DNA of 15,294 nucleotides. Origin: a virus (Duplodnaviria > Heunggongvirae > Uroviricota > Caudoviricetes). Both the position numbers and the translations under genes were made by a program. Below the pieces are notes generated by a model. It made no database searches, was not told where the DNA came from, and was given only the letters and a program-made list of their open reading frames with translations. The stretch covers positions 1 to 15,294 of IMG/VR virus record IMGVR_UViG_2529292718_000014. One strand, given 5' to 3'. Below, in pieces: positions 1 through 7,607 of this stretch; position 1 is the first letter of the stretch; each line of letters opens with the position of its first letter.

Positions 1-1119
1 TCAAATAACCAACTTAACCCATTCCTGACCTCGAGTATCGTTATAGCGATCGGTGGTTGCCTGGACTTTATGTCCTAGTAATGTTTTTGTATCGATACCC
101 TGTGCACGGTACAGCCGTTCTGATAGAGAGCGTTGTTCATGAAATGTTGGCGGAGTTTTTCCTGCTGGTGGAATTATCCCAGCCAGATCCCGTGCTTTGG
201 CAAAGTAGTCGCTCAGGTTGTCTTTACTCATCGGCTTCGGTTGTTTCTGGTGCCGACTATGGATTAGATATGGACTTAATATTCTGTCTCGGCACCCATC
301 AATAACTTCTTTTAACGTTATCCCAATGGCATCACAGCGTAGTGTAAGCGGTAACGCCAGACGCATTCCGGTTTTTCCCTGGGTGATATGCAAGTGTTCG
401 TTCCACACATCTGAAAAACGCATGTGGCAAATGTCATCACGGCGCTGACCAGTAACAATCGCAAGAAGCATTGCGTTACGGATAAAGTGTTTTTCAGGCG
501 TTGCATTGTAAATTTTTTGCCAGTCTTCCATGGTGAGCCTGGCTCTGGTTACTTTAGGGATCGGTTTACGGGTAGCCTCCGGAGGATTCCATCCAGGAGG
601 AACTTCCCCTGCATGCTGTGCTTCTTTATAAATATCAACCCATAATCCGCGATTTACTCTCGCTGTGCTGACCATGTCTTTATCCAGCCACTCATCCAGT
701 ATTAATGCAAAGTCTCTTACTTCCAGTTCTTTCAATGGGTGGTTTCCCAGACGGGAAACCAGGTATGCAGCCATTCGAGCTTTTTCTTTGTGAGTTGTAG
801 CTGCAATATCTCCATTTTTCAGTCGCGTGTCCTGTATTTTCAGATATCGATCAACCCATGCCTTTAATCTGATACCCCGACGTTTTGTTGCTGACGGACT
901 TTCATCAATTTTACGCATGAAATATTCAGCTTCTGCTGCAGCTATTCGCTGATTGGCTGTGGAAGCGATTTTTTCTGCCTTACCTTTGTCTGTTCCTAGT
1001 CCGTGAAATTTTCCAGTCACAGGATTTTTATACTGGTAGTAAACTCTGCCAGTTCTGCGATCAAACTTTTCGTAAAGACCGGCTACGTCAGTGCTGTTTT
1101 TTCGTGGCCTCGGTGACAT
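1..1119 (-). CDS. int: Lambda-family tyrosine recombinase (phage integrase), 372 aa, complete
   Basis: Complete ORF with stop at 1-3. C-terminal block HEQRSLSERLY...LLGHK...TDRYNDTRGQEW matches the lambda Int catalytic region (HxxR, terminal Tyr) as I recall it. AAGGAG Shine-Dalgarno about 10 nt upstream of the ATG at 1117-1119. Start overlaps the upstream xis-like ORF by 32 nt, as in lambda xis-int. Confidence 0.93.
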   Translation of the reverse strand: MSPRPRKNSTDVAGLYEKFDRRTGRVYYQYKNPVTGKFHGLGTDKGKAEKIASTANQRIAAAEAEYFMRKIDESPSATKRRGIRLKAWVDRYLKIQDTRLKNGDIAATTHKEKARMAAYLVSRLGNHPLKELEVRDFALILDEWLDKDMVSTARVNRGLWVDIYKEAQHAGEVPPGWNPPEATRKPIPKVTRARLTMEDWQKIYNATPEKHFIRNAMLLAIVTGQRRDDICHMRFSDVWNEHLHITQGKTGMRLALPLTLRCDAIGITLKEVIDGCRDRILSPYLIHSRHQKQPKPMSKDNLSDYFAKARDLAGIIPPAGKTPPTFHEQRSLSERLYRAQGIDTKTLLGHKVQATTDRYNDTRGQEWVKLVI

Positions 1120-1366
1120 GAGTTAAAATCTCCTTCAGTGCATCATCATCGCCAGTATGAATTTCCGGCGCAATTCCCGTTTCACCAGGCCCAACAAATA
1201 CTGCTCGGCGATCTATCAGCCAACGCCCACGAATTTTTTGTGGTCTTGGAACGATGTATCCTAGTTTTCCGTATTTCACCAGGGTAGTGTTTGTTATTGG
1301 GAGACTGAACCGTTTTGGTTTCCACTCATCGAGCGTTATCAGGTATTGTTCGCTCATGGCTATCAC
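1088..1366 (-). CDS. xis: Excisionase-like small DNA-binding protein (92 aa; true start may be the Met at 1357)
   Basis: Small ORF immediately upstream of and overlapping int. N-terminal motif YLITLDEW resembles lambda Xis YLTLQEW (recollection). Position and size are typical of an excisionase. Confidence 0.75.
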   Translation of the reverse strand: MIAMSEQYLITLDEWKPKRFSLPITNTTLVKYGKLGYIVPRPQKIRGRWLIDRRAVFVGPGETGIAPEIHTGDDDALKEILTHVTEATKKQH

Positions 1367-1418
1367 TCCGGAACGCGCCAGTTGCAGAATACCAACGACA
1401 ACTGGCGACGGTTGAACA

Positions 1419-3383
1419 TTAAAAATCAGCCTGACTCGGGATCAGTTTTTGCCAGATAGCTGAAATGTATTTTGCCTGGTAACGAGCGTCATCAAGTGCA
1501 TTATGGCGCTCACCTTCGAATGGAATAGCCGTTCTGGCATCGAAGTCCAGGGCTTTTCCTAATTCAACGATTGTGCGTACATCGCGATCGTTGCAGTAGC
1601 GCCACGGGCAGGGGATCCCCTGTCGTTCGTATGAGCGGCGTAAAATCACGTTGTCGAAGTTGTCTCCATTTCCCCAGACCTGAACAAAAAATTCACCGGA
1701 GTTTTCGTCGATAAATTCCCGCAATTGCAGTAGTGCATCATCTAACGGGATTTCATCGGTCATAATGGCAGACTGCGCTTCACGTGATTGCTTCAGCCAC
1801 CATTTAATGACGTCACGATCAATGACTCCGCCAGCAGTATCCAGATCGATGGTCTTGCTAAATTCCGGTCCCATATCTCCGGTTTGTGGATCGAAAAATA
1901 TTGCGCCTATTGAGATAATCGGGGCATCGGGATTTTTTCCCATGGTTTCAAGGTCGATCATCAGATGAATCCCCGCTCTGCTGGTGGATGTGAGATTATG
2001 ATGACCGTTCGCCTTAATTAAGAGATCTGTCGCCTCGCCAGTTTCATTATCGCTGGCGTGGTCCTGAGCGCTGCCAGCATTCTCCTTGTGTGGATGTTCA
2101 GCGCCTTCCATTTCCTCCGAATCGTCTTCCTGAACTTCAACTTGGTTCTCGTCATCGAATGTTTCCTGGTATGTTGCGTCGCCCATCACCGCGCCACAAT
2201 CAGGGCAGTTGCCGCCACCGCTCTGACCGCAGACGGTGCAGACTTTTTCCGGTTCCTGTTGCGCTACTGGTTCGGATTGTTTCGTTTTTGGCTCTTTTCG
2301 TTGCACATTTGGGCTGTTTTGTTCCGCTTTCTGGTCGTTCTGTTCCGTTTCTTGCTGGTTCTGGTTCACAGAATCGCGGGTTTCAATCCCCTTCACCCAT
2401 TTCGGATCATTCGGATCGCTAATCCCTGCAACAAATTCACCACGTGATACTGCAAGCAGTTCATCGGCGTCAGGCTGGCTGATATTGGCTGCCTGCATAA
2501 TTTTGTTTACTTCGTCAGCGGTAACTTTTACCGGCTCTGGTTGTGCGGTCGTGTCAGATGCACCAGTATTTTGTTGTAAACCTGAGTATGTACCGTTTTT
2601 GCGGGCGAAATATTCTTCTTTCGTGATTTCAGTAGCCCCGGCAGCCAGCGCCTTATCCAGACCAGAAAGTTTGTTTGCGCGACCGTATTTTTCGCCATCC
2701 TTGTCGGTGAAGAGGAAGTAGAACGGCCCCTCACGTTCTACAGATGGTTCGACTTCCACTTTGCATTCGGTTTTTTCGTTGTCCGGAATTGCCGTTTCCA
2801 CTGCATCAGTTTCTGGTACTGGCGACGAGAGAGTATCAGTTGCGCTCTGATTTGTTCCTTCATCTTCAAACACGCCCTTTGTAGTCAGGTATTCAGTAAT
2901 GTATTTGTTCAGTGCCACAGGGTCTTTGTGAATGTCGATCGGACGTTCACGGACAAGGCCAAAAATAGTCTGGCGGTCGTAGCGAAGGGCATCAGGCTGT
3001 TTGCGCATTGATGCCGAGATACGCTTCCAGTCTTCGCGGTCGTTGTCGATAACTTCATTTTTTGCCCAGCGATGGATGCTGCCGTCAATGTTTCCGGCAT
3101 CCACATCACCAGGCCAGAGAGCGTAGGCCAGTTCGTCATCCAGTGTTTTCCATGTCTGCTTGTATTCGCGATGAATGGCAGCAATGACCGGGTTGATATT
3201 TTCCTGCTGAGTTTTCAGTGTGCTGTCGGTTGACTCTGGCGCGGGCGAGATCAACAGCAGACGTGTATTTTCCGGTTTCCTTGCGTTCACCTTCGCGACG
3301 TTTTTTCCAGATGCGCATCTCTGCCTGAATTTCGGGCCATTTAGCTCCAGGCTTACATTTATGCTTAACCCACCCGATGGCAT
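1419..3383 (-). CDS. DEDDh-type 3'-5' exonuclease domain protein with Cys-rich zinc-ribbon-like motif (654-aa ORF; probably the C-terminal part of a larger disrupted gene, reminiscent of DLP12 exoD)
   Basis: C-terminal region has DnaQ-like motifs: MIDLETMG (Exo I D-x-E), a later acidic motif, and HNALDDARYQ (Exo III H-x4-D). CTVCGQSGGGNCPDCG suggests a zinc ribbon. The N-terminal 248 nt overlap another protein-like frame (3136-3654), implying a frameshift. The resemblance to exoD is from memory and its position next to xis, not a search. Confidence 0.72.
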   Translation of the reverse strand: MPSGGLSINVSLELNGPKFRQRCASGKNVAKVNARKPENTRLLLISPAPESTDSTLKTQQENINPVIAAIHREYKQTWKTLDDELAYALWPGDVDAGNIDGSIHRWAKNEVIDNDREDWKRISASMRKQPDALRYDRQTIFGLVRERPIDIHKDPVALNKYITEYLTTKGVFEDEGTNQSATDTLSSPVPETDAVETAIPDNEKTECKVEVEPSVEREGPFYFLFTDKDGEKYGRANKLSGLDKALAAGATEITKEEYFARKNGTYSGLQQNTGASDTTAQPEPVKVTADEVNKIMQAANISQPDADELLAVSRGEFVAGISDPNDPKWVKGIETRDSVNQNQQETEQNDQKAEQNSPNVQRKEPKTKQSEPVAQQEPEKVCTVCGQSGGGNCPDCGAVMGDATYQETFDDENQVEVQEDDSEEMEGAEHPHKENAGSAQDHASDNETGEATDLLIKANGHHNLTSTSRAGIHLMIDLETMGKNPDAPIISIGAIFFDPQTGDMGPEFSKTIDLDTAGGVIDRDVIKWWLKQSREAQSAIMTDEIPLDDALLQLREFIDENSGEFFVQVWGNGDNFDNVILRRSYERQGIPCPWRYCNDRDVRTIVELGKALDFDARTAIPFEGERHNALDDARYQAKYISAIWQKLIPSQADF

Positions 3384-3895
3384 GCAGCTTAAGCTCCGGA
3401 TACATAGCGTTAACTTCTGGCATTTTCATCAACGCTTCAACGATATGGCCGTCGAATGTTGCCATGTCTTCCTGCAACAATTCCTGTGCGCTAATCACCA
3501 TATCAACAGTGATGTTTTCACATGTGTCGAACTTAACCATGACAGCGTTCTGTACTTCAGGGGCTAGGTTGTCAAAAGTGACGTTCATCGGATCGGATTC
3601 AGTCTCGACCGGGACAAAGGAAGCAGACGCCTCATCCCAGCGGTTTTCCTGCATATATTCAGCATCCCAGGAATCGAGGGCAGGGCGGGGTATACCGGGT
3701 TTATCCTCGCAAACAAGAAATTTATAAGCGCAGTCCTGAGCAGCCGGATAATGTTCCAGGAATTGCCAGTGAAATTTTGCGCGGGCGCGACGTTCATCAC
3801 CGGCTTCAATGGCAGTGGCTACAGTGACGGCACCTTCTTCCTTTATTGCCTGTTCGTCCGGAATGGCGGCGCAAATAAAGACTGATCTTACCCAG
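3136..3895 (-). pseudogene. Upstream protein-like reading frame of the exonuclease locus, lacking a start codon for its first ~80 codons; likely a disrupted 5' portion of the same gene
   Basis: The frame of the 172-aa ORF (3136-3654) stays open and protein-like upstream to a TAG near 3895 (…AIKEEGAVTVATAIEAGDERRARAKFHWQFLEHYPAAQDCAYKFLVCEDKPG…), with no ATG/GTG/TTG before the Met at 3654. It overlaps the 654-aa ORF by 248 nt in another frame. A T6/A6 run lies at 3301-3306. Confidence 0.45.
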
Positions 3896-3986
3896 CAATA
3901 GTGGACACGCGGCTAAGTGAGTAAACTCTCAGTCAGAGGTGACTCACATGACAAGAATGAAAGCGGATGTTTATTACGGAACTGTT

Positions 3987-4178
3987 TTAAAGACCTGCCG
4001 GGATTTCGTTATTATCCTGGTGAATAACTTTATCGACCGGGTAACAGTTACCGGGAATTTTCTGTTCGGTTGCTGCAGTCATACATTCCTGCATTGTCCT
4101 GTGAACACTGACTGCAATATCAACTGACTCTCCGGAAACAAGATAAACTGTCAGAACAAGCGCAAATGCTGAATTCAT
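3987..4178 (-). CDS. Small hypothetical protein (63 aa) with N-terminal signal-peptide-like or transmembrane segment
   Basis: MNSAFALVLTVYLVSGESV… has a hydrophobic N-terminus followed by a polar domain with two Cys. Its ATG overlaps the stop of the upstream ORF in an ATGA arrangement, suggesting translational coupling. The ORF track's longer 81-aa start is less likely. Confidence 0.45.
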   Translation of the reverse strand: MNSAFALVLTVYLVSGESVDIAVSVHRTMQECMTAATEQKIPGNCYPVDKVIHQDNNEIPAGL

Positions 4179-4363
4179 TGTGCACATTCTTTTGGCATCA
4201 GACGTAAACGAGCCAGCATTGAAACAATGCATATTTTATTTAATAGCTCCCGTTCTTGTTTTCTCTTGTTAATGGCATCTTCAGTAAATACTGGGTTACT
4301 GATAGTGACACCAATTTCAAAACAACCTTCAGACGTATTAACGTTTGGTAATAACGTTTCCAT
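4175..4363 (-). CDS. Small hypothetical protein (62 aa from the METLL start; ORF track extends to 4468)
   Basis: Protein-like translation METLLPNVNTSEGCFEIGVTISNPVFTEDAINKRKQERELLNKICIVSMLARLRLMPKECAQ. The N-terminal extension in the ORF track runs through an inverted-repeat motif (4418-4440) and reads poorly. Coupled to the downstream small ORF. Confidence 0.4.
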   Translation of the reverse strand: METLLPNVNTSEGCFEIGVTISNPVFTEDAINKRKQERELLNKICIVSMLARLRLMPKECAQ

Positions 4364-4921
4364 TATCGCGTCCTCAACAATGAATTTTGTGATGCGGTGC
4401 CTAGTGCCTCCAGGTGACGTTAACCAGTTAACAATTAACGCCGGATACAGAGAACCCACCCATAACACTGTTTTTGGTTTTAACTGTTCCGCGTGCGCTT
4501 AGCCGCATTCACCGCATCACAAAATTCACTTTAAAAAGGGCGGCAGAGCAGTCACGGAGTAAAACTGATACCGCTAAACGCCACCAGAAAATTGATAACA
4601 GAGGGCGTTGCAGCGGGGTTGTCACTTAAGCGTATGGTCAACCTGACAACCCGGTGTCCTCAACGGGGAAGGAATAACCCCGCCATACTTACCGCCGCGC
4701 CATTTCGCGGATTGCCACAACCGGAAGCGCACGGTCGAATTAAATTTAACGACACCGTACAGACAGAATAACTTCGCCGTGCGCTTTCGCGTTATGTCCT
4801 GACTTTTCAGGGATATATCCTTCCAGTAAACTGCCAGTGCCGGATGCTCACCCGTGTCCGGCGCACGCACTCCACCTGACCCGTGGAGAACTCCTTAATT
4901 ACCAACCCTCAGGAGGGTGAA

Positions 4922-5143
4922 ATGACTAGTAAAAATGTAAATATCCAGTTTAACCACGATGTTTCTCCTGCTGGACTTGCGGATGAGCTCACTGCTATAA
5001 AAACGGCAATTATGCTACTTGCTGCTAAGTTGCCTGCGTCATCAAAGCCAGCGGAAATTTGTGACTCATTGCGTAAGATGAATTCAACAAAATGCAATGA
5101 GATGGCATCACTTATTGAAAGTGCAATTGATTTTAATGATTAA
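4922..5143 (+). CDS. Hypothetical small protein (73 aa)
   Basis: ATG at 4922 preceded by AGGAGG at 4911-4916; the upstream extension in the ORF track is unlikely. It is the only plus-strand ORF in a leftward block, and its 3' end overlaps the convergent ORF 5133-5507 by 11 nt. Confidence 0.5.
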   Translation: MTSKNVNIQFNHDVSPAGLADELTAIKTAIMLLAAKLPASSKPAEICDSLRKMNSTKCNEMASLIESAIDFND

Positions 5144-5507
5144 TCGAAATTTCATGGCTAACTGTAACACTCCCATCTGTGGCGGGATGGTTTAAATCGC
5201 TGGGATTAATGCCGCACTCAGTAAAATGGTTCTTAAGGGGTTCTATCCGAATCCCTTTCTTTTTCATTAACAAGCCAAACCCCTTATCAATGATATCCAT
5301 TAATTCCAGGAGGTATTTTTCATGTAAATCCTGGTTATCAGAGAGCTGCTTCTCTTCGTACAGACCGATAAAGGCACGACGCACGTTACCGGATATAGTA
5401 TCGATGGTTTCTTTTTCTACGGTACTCAGGTCAAGAGTCGCCAGTTGGGAACGAACTATATTCGCTGCCATTTCCTGGAATTGCATTGGTAAATCTTTAA
5501 ATTCCAT
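5133..5507 (-). CDS. Hypothetical protein (124 aa)
   Basis: Clean ORF with protein-like composition in the leftward early operon. No family recognised. Confidence 0.6.
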   Translation of the reverse strand: MEFKDLPMQFQEMAANIVRSQLATLDLSTVEKETIDTISGNVRRAFIGLYEEKQLSDNQDLHEKYLLELMDIIDKGFGLLMKKKGIRIEPLKNHFTECGINPSDLNHPATDGSVTVSHEISINH

Positions 5508-5529
5508 TATTAGCCTCGTTGGTTAGCTA

Positions 5530-5748
5530 TTAACGTGGGTATGTAATCATTCTGGCAATGCTTAATGCCGCTGCTTTTTCCAAATTGGTGATATCCTGCT
5601 CCAGAGCGGACAGATTTTCAGCCTGCTTAGCCTTGGCTTCATTGGCCCATTTCAGGTCCTGCGCGGCCTTAATTTTCTGGCGCATCCACTCATAAAGCTC
5701 ATCATCGGTATAGTCTGGCGCGATGATGACGGGTTCTCGTTTCTGCAT
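5530..5748 (-). CDS. Hypothetical small protein (72 aa), predicted helical/coiled-coil
   Basis: ORF in the leftward operon. The segment KIKAAQDLKWANEAKAKQAENLSALEQDITNLEKAA is heptad-like. Confidence 0.55.
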   Translation of the reverse strand: MQKREPVIIAPDYTDDELYEWMRQKIKAAQDLKWANEAKAKQAENLSALEQDITNLEKAAALSIARMITYPR

Positions 5749-5777
5749 ACTGATTCCTCGCGGTGCTGTTTCGCTTA

Positions 5778-5906
5778 TCAGCCGTTAGATTTTGCCGAGC
5801 TGGAAAGCGCCCGTTTAAATTCGCTGAAGCTGAGAGCTTCTTCGCCTTCGGCAAGGCCTTCGAAGTATTCTTCGTAAGCCTTTTCCATGATTGTGTCGAA
5901 ATCCAT
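5778..5906 (-). CDS. Small acidic ORF (42 aa), not in the supplied ORF track
   Basis: Found by manual translation: MDFDTIMEKAYEEYFEGLAEGEEALSFSEFKRALSSSAKSNG. The ATG lies 1 nt after the stop of the upstream 78-aa ORF, with GGTGAG just upstream. Confidence 0.3.
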   Translation of the reverse strand: MDFDTIMEKAYEEYFEGLAEGEEALSFSEFKRALSSSAKSNG

Positions 5907-5907
5907 A

Positions 5908-6144
5908 TCACTCACCTGAGTTTCTTTCCAGCCAGCGACGGGCACCATTTTCGGTTTTAAACGTTTTGCTTTTGGTATACGTCATCGCGGTGAACGTACC
6001 GTCCTGGTTGGGGAACACGCCACATACCAGAGATTCGCTGTTGCCAAGATCGATAGTATCCATGCTGACCTCATTTCCCCTTAACGCCGGGGTAGCGGAA
6101 CAAAAACCTGCTGCATAGTTATTAAAGTTGAACCCTGCCGTCAT
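5908..6144 (-). CDS. Hypothetical protein (78 aa; alternative start at internal MDTIDLG), first gene of the leftward early operon
   Basis: ORF immediately downstream (leftward) of the OL-like operator region. Not recognisably N-like: no arginine-rich N-terminus. Confidence 0.5.
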   Translation of the reverse strand: MTAGFNFNNYAAGFCSATPALRGNEVSMDTIDLGNSESLVCGVFPNQDGTFTAMTYTKSKTFKTENGARRWLERNSGE

Positions 6145-6240
6145 GTTCTTACGCCTCGGGCTGGCTACTTAACCCCTGACCACTGCTTGGTAACTCGAAG
6201 TATTGCCCTGCATTCTGTGGGGCGGGGTGGGTGGTAGGCA

Positions 6241-6290
6241 TATAATGTACTTTGCGTTCATTGTTGTAAAGTACTTTTAGTACATTTTGT
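6241..6290. promoter_or_regulatory. OL/pL-like operator-promoter region with ATGTACT / AGTACT / AGTACAT repeats
   Basis: ATGTACT at 6245-6251, palindromic AGTACT at 6270-6275, and inverted copy AGTACAT at 6279-6285. Located between the repressor gene end and the leftward early genes. The same heptamer recurs in the cI-cro intergenic region. Confidence 0.45.
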
Positions 6291-6360
6291 GTGTAAAAAA
6301 ATGAGATGGGATAAAGTGAAGCACAAACCCGGAGGAAGGCGCTACCGGATTTATGCTGGT

Positions 6361-6780
6361 TTAAGAGGCTTTTTGTTTTTTCTTTCGTGCTAACTCTTCG
6401 TAAATTGCATTGTACTTCTGTTTTTTCTCTTCAAGAGTTTTTAAAAGTTCATCTGTCTCACTGTCAGGGAGCTCGTCCAGAAGGTCAATGATGATTTTTT
6501 GTCTTGGATTTAACTCCTGATAGAAACGTACCTGTCCACTTTCTTCTGTATCCTCTCCCAAAAGATAGGTTGGTGTTGTTCCTATTAGTGTTGCTAATTC
6601 CCTTAATTTCTCCCGGCGAGGAATTGTTTCGCCATTAAACCATTTGCTAACCGCTTTTGGTGTTAATTTCATTCGACGGGCAATTTCTGCCTGCCTTCCA
6701 TGTTGTTCATAACCAGCGTTTTCACAGGCTAGCGCAAGCCTACTGGCGAACTCTTTACGCGCTTTATCTTCATGAACCAT
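6361..6780 (-). CDS. Prophage repressor, XRE-family HTH (cI-like), 139 aa, without a recognisable S24/LexA-type autocleavage domain
   Basis: N-terminal HTH-like segment (…QAEIARRMKLTPKAVSKWFNGETIPRREKLRELATLIGTTPTYLLG…) with a charged helical C-terminus. Divergent from the Cro-like gene, with shared operator repeats between them. No Ala-Gly/Ser…Lys peptidase motifs seen. Confidence 0.82.
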   Translation of the reverse strand: MVHEDKARKEFASRLALACENAGYEQHGRQAEIARRMKLTPKAVSKWFNGETIPRREKLRELATLIGTTPTYLLGEDTEESGQVRFYQELNPRQKIIIDLLDELPDSETDELLKTLEEKKQKYNAIYEELARKKKQKAS

Positions 6781-6859
6781 AAGTTCAATGATATTCGCTC
6801 TTGAATGTACTGTCAGTTCTGTTATGGCATGTACTCAAAGTTCACATTGTGAGGGTGAT
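6781..6859. promoter_or_regulatory. OR-like divergent promoter/operator region (pRM/pR analogue)
   Basis: Intergenic between the divergent repressor and Cro-like genes. Two direct ATGTACT copies at 6805-6811 and 6829-6835. GAGGGTG Shine-Dalgarno precedes the cro-like ATG at 6860. Confidence 0.45.
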
Positions 6860-7114
6860 ATGAACCAGAAAACACTTGAAGATGTAATCAAAACTGTTCG
6901 CGTTGCTGTTGTGGCCGACGTTTGTGGTGTCAGCCAAAGAGCAATCTATAAATGGATGGATAACGGAAAATTGCCTCGCACAGAATATACCGGCGAAACA
7001 AATTACGCTGAAAAAATCGCTCTTGCATCAAACGGATTATTTTCTGCCGATGCAATTTTAACTATTGGCAGGAATAAAACTACTACGAAAAAGCTGATGG
7101 GAGTTGATTCATGA
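6860..7114 (+). CDS. Cro-like HTH regulator (84 aa from the ATG at 6860)
   Basis: Segment VADVCGVSQRAIYKWMDNGKLP is HTH-like. It is the first rightward gene, divergent from the repressor. The ORF-track start at 6788 would sit inside the operator region. Confidence 0.7.
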   Translation: MNQKTLEDVIKTVRVAVVADVCGVSQRAIYKWMDNGKLPRTEYTGETNYAEKIALASNGLFSADAILTIGRNKTTTKKLMGVDS

Positions 7115-7536
7115 AAATCAAGCATGAACACATCCGCATGGCGATGAATGCCTGGGCGCATCCGGACGGCGAAAAAGTACCGGCTGCGAAAATTACCAAA
7201 GCGTATTTCGAGCTGGGAATGACGTTCCCGGAACTGTATGACGACAGCCATCCGGAAGCCCTGGCTCGCAATACTCAGAAAATTTTCCGCTGGGTGGAGA
7301 AAGACACCCCTGATGCGGTTAAAAAAATTCAGGCGTTGTTACCAGCTATCGAAAAAGCAATGCCACCTCTGCTGGTGGCCCGAATGCGCAGTCATAGCTC
7401 AGCGTATTTTCGGGAACTAGTGGAGACGCGGGAACGACTGGTGAGAGACGCTGATGATTTTGTCGCAGTGGCGATCGCTGGTTTCAACCAGATGAATCGT
7501 GGTGGCCCTGCAGGAAATATTGTGGCTGTGCATTGA
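7111..7536 (+). CDS. CII/YdaT-like early regulatory protein (141 aa)
   Basis: Start overlaps the Cro-like stop (ATGA-type coupling). Position immediately after cro matches cII/YdaT-type genes of lambdoid and Rac-like prophages. Family assignment is by recollection only. Confidence 0.55.
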   Translation: MKIKHEHIRMAMNAWAHPDGEKVPAAKITKAYFELGMTFPELYDDSHPEALARNTQKIFRWVEKDTPDAVKKIQALLPAIEKAMPPLLVARMRSHSSAYFRELVETRERLVRDADDFVAVAIAGFNQMNRGGPAGNIVAVH

Positions 7537-7607
7537 CTCGCAATATTCATACCGGATCACTTCCGGCAATTTGTGAGTAAAAAGATTCGGTATCAAAAGA
7601 GGTGAGT

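Noticed and set aside
57-645. Plus-strand ORFs (57-305, 218-448, 424-645) and minus-strand 318-506 within the integrase region
   Set aside because: They lie inside or antisense to the well-supported int gene, read poorly (Cys/Phe/Leu-rich), and have no ribosome-binding sites.
1765-3727. Plus-strand ORFs antisense to the exonuclease locus (1765-1968, 2058-2447, 2090-2422, 2236-2721, 3220-3567, 3377-3727) and minus-strand 2528-2734 and 2909-3184
   Set aside because: All overlap the strongly protein-like minus-strand exonuclease frame and read as low-complexity, typical of antisense or out-of-frame artefacts.
3585-3809. 74-aa minus-strand ORF
   Set aside because: It is out of frame with the clearly protein-like frame covering the same region (the upstream continuation of 3136-3654) and reads poorly.
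3939-4127. 62-aa plus-strand ORF
   Set aside because: It is antisense to the better-supported minus-strand small ORF with the signal-like N-terminus, is Cys-rich and has no ribosome-binding site.
5702-6118. ORFs 5702-5911 (minus), 5763-5960 (plus) and 5891-6118 (plus)
   Set aside because: They overlap the coupled minus-strand 78-aa and 42-aa ORFs in other frames or on the other strand, and read as Arg/Ser-rich low-complexity.
5908-6144. Calling the first leftward gene an N-like antiterminator
   Set aside because: The 78-aa product has no arginine-rich N-terminal motif, so I left it as hypothetical.
7003-7420. ORFs 7003-7251 (minus), 7083-7271 (minus) and 7238-7420 (plus) in the cro / CII-like region
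   Set aside because: Antisense or out-of-frame overlaps with the rightward early genes, whose arrangement (coupled starts, ribosome-binding sites) is better supported.
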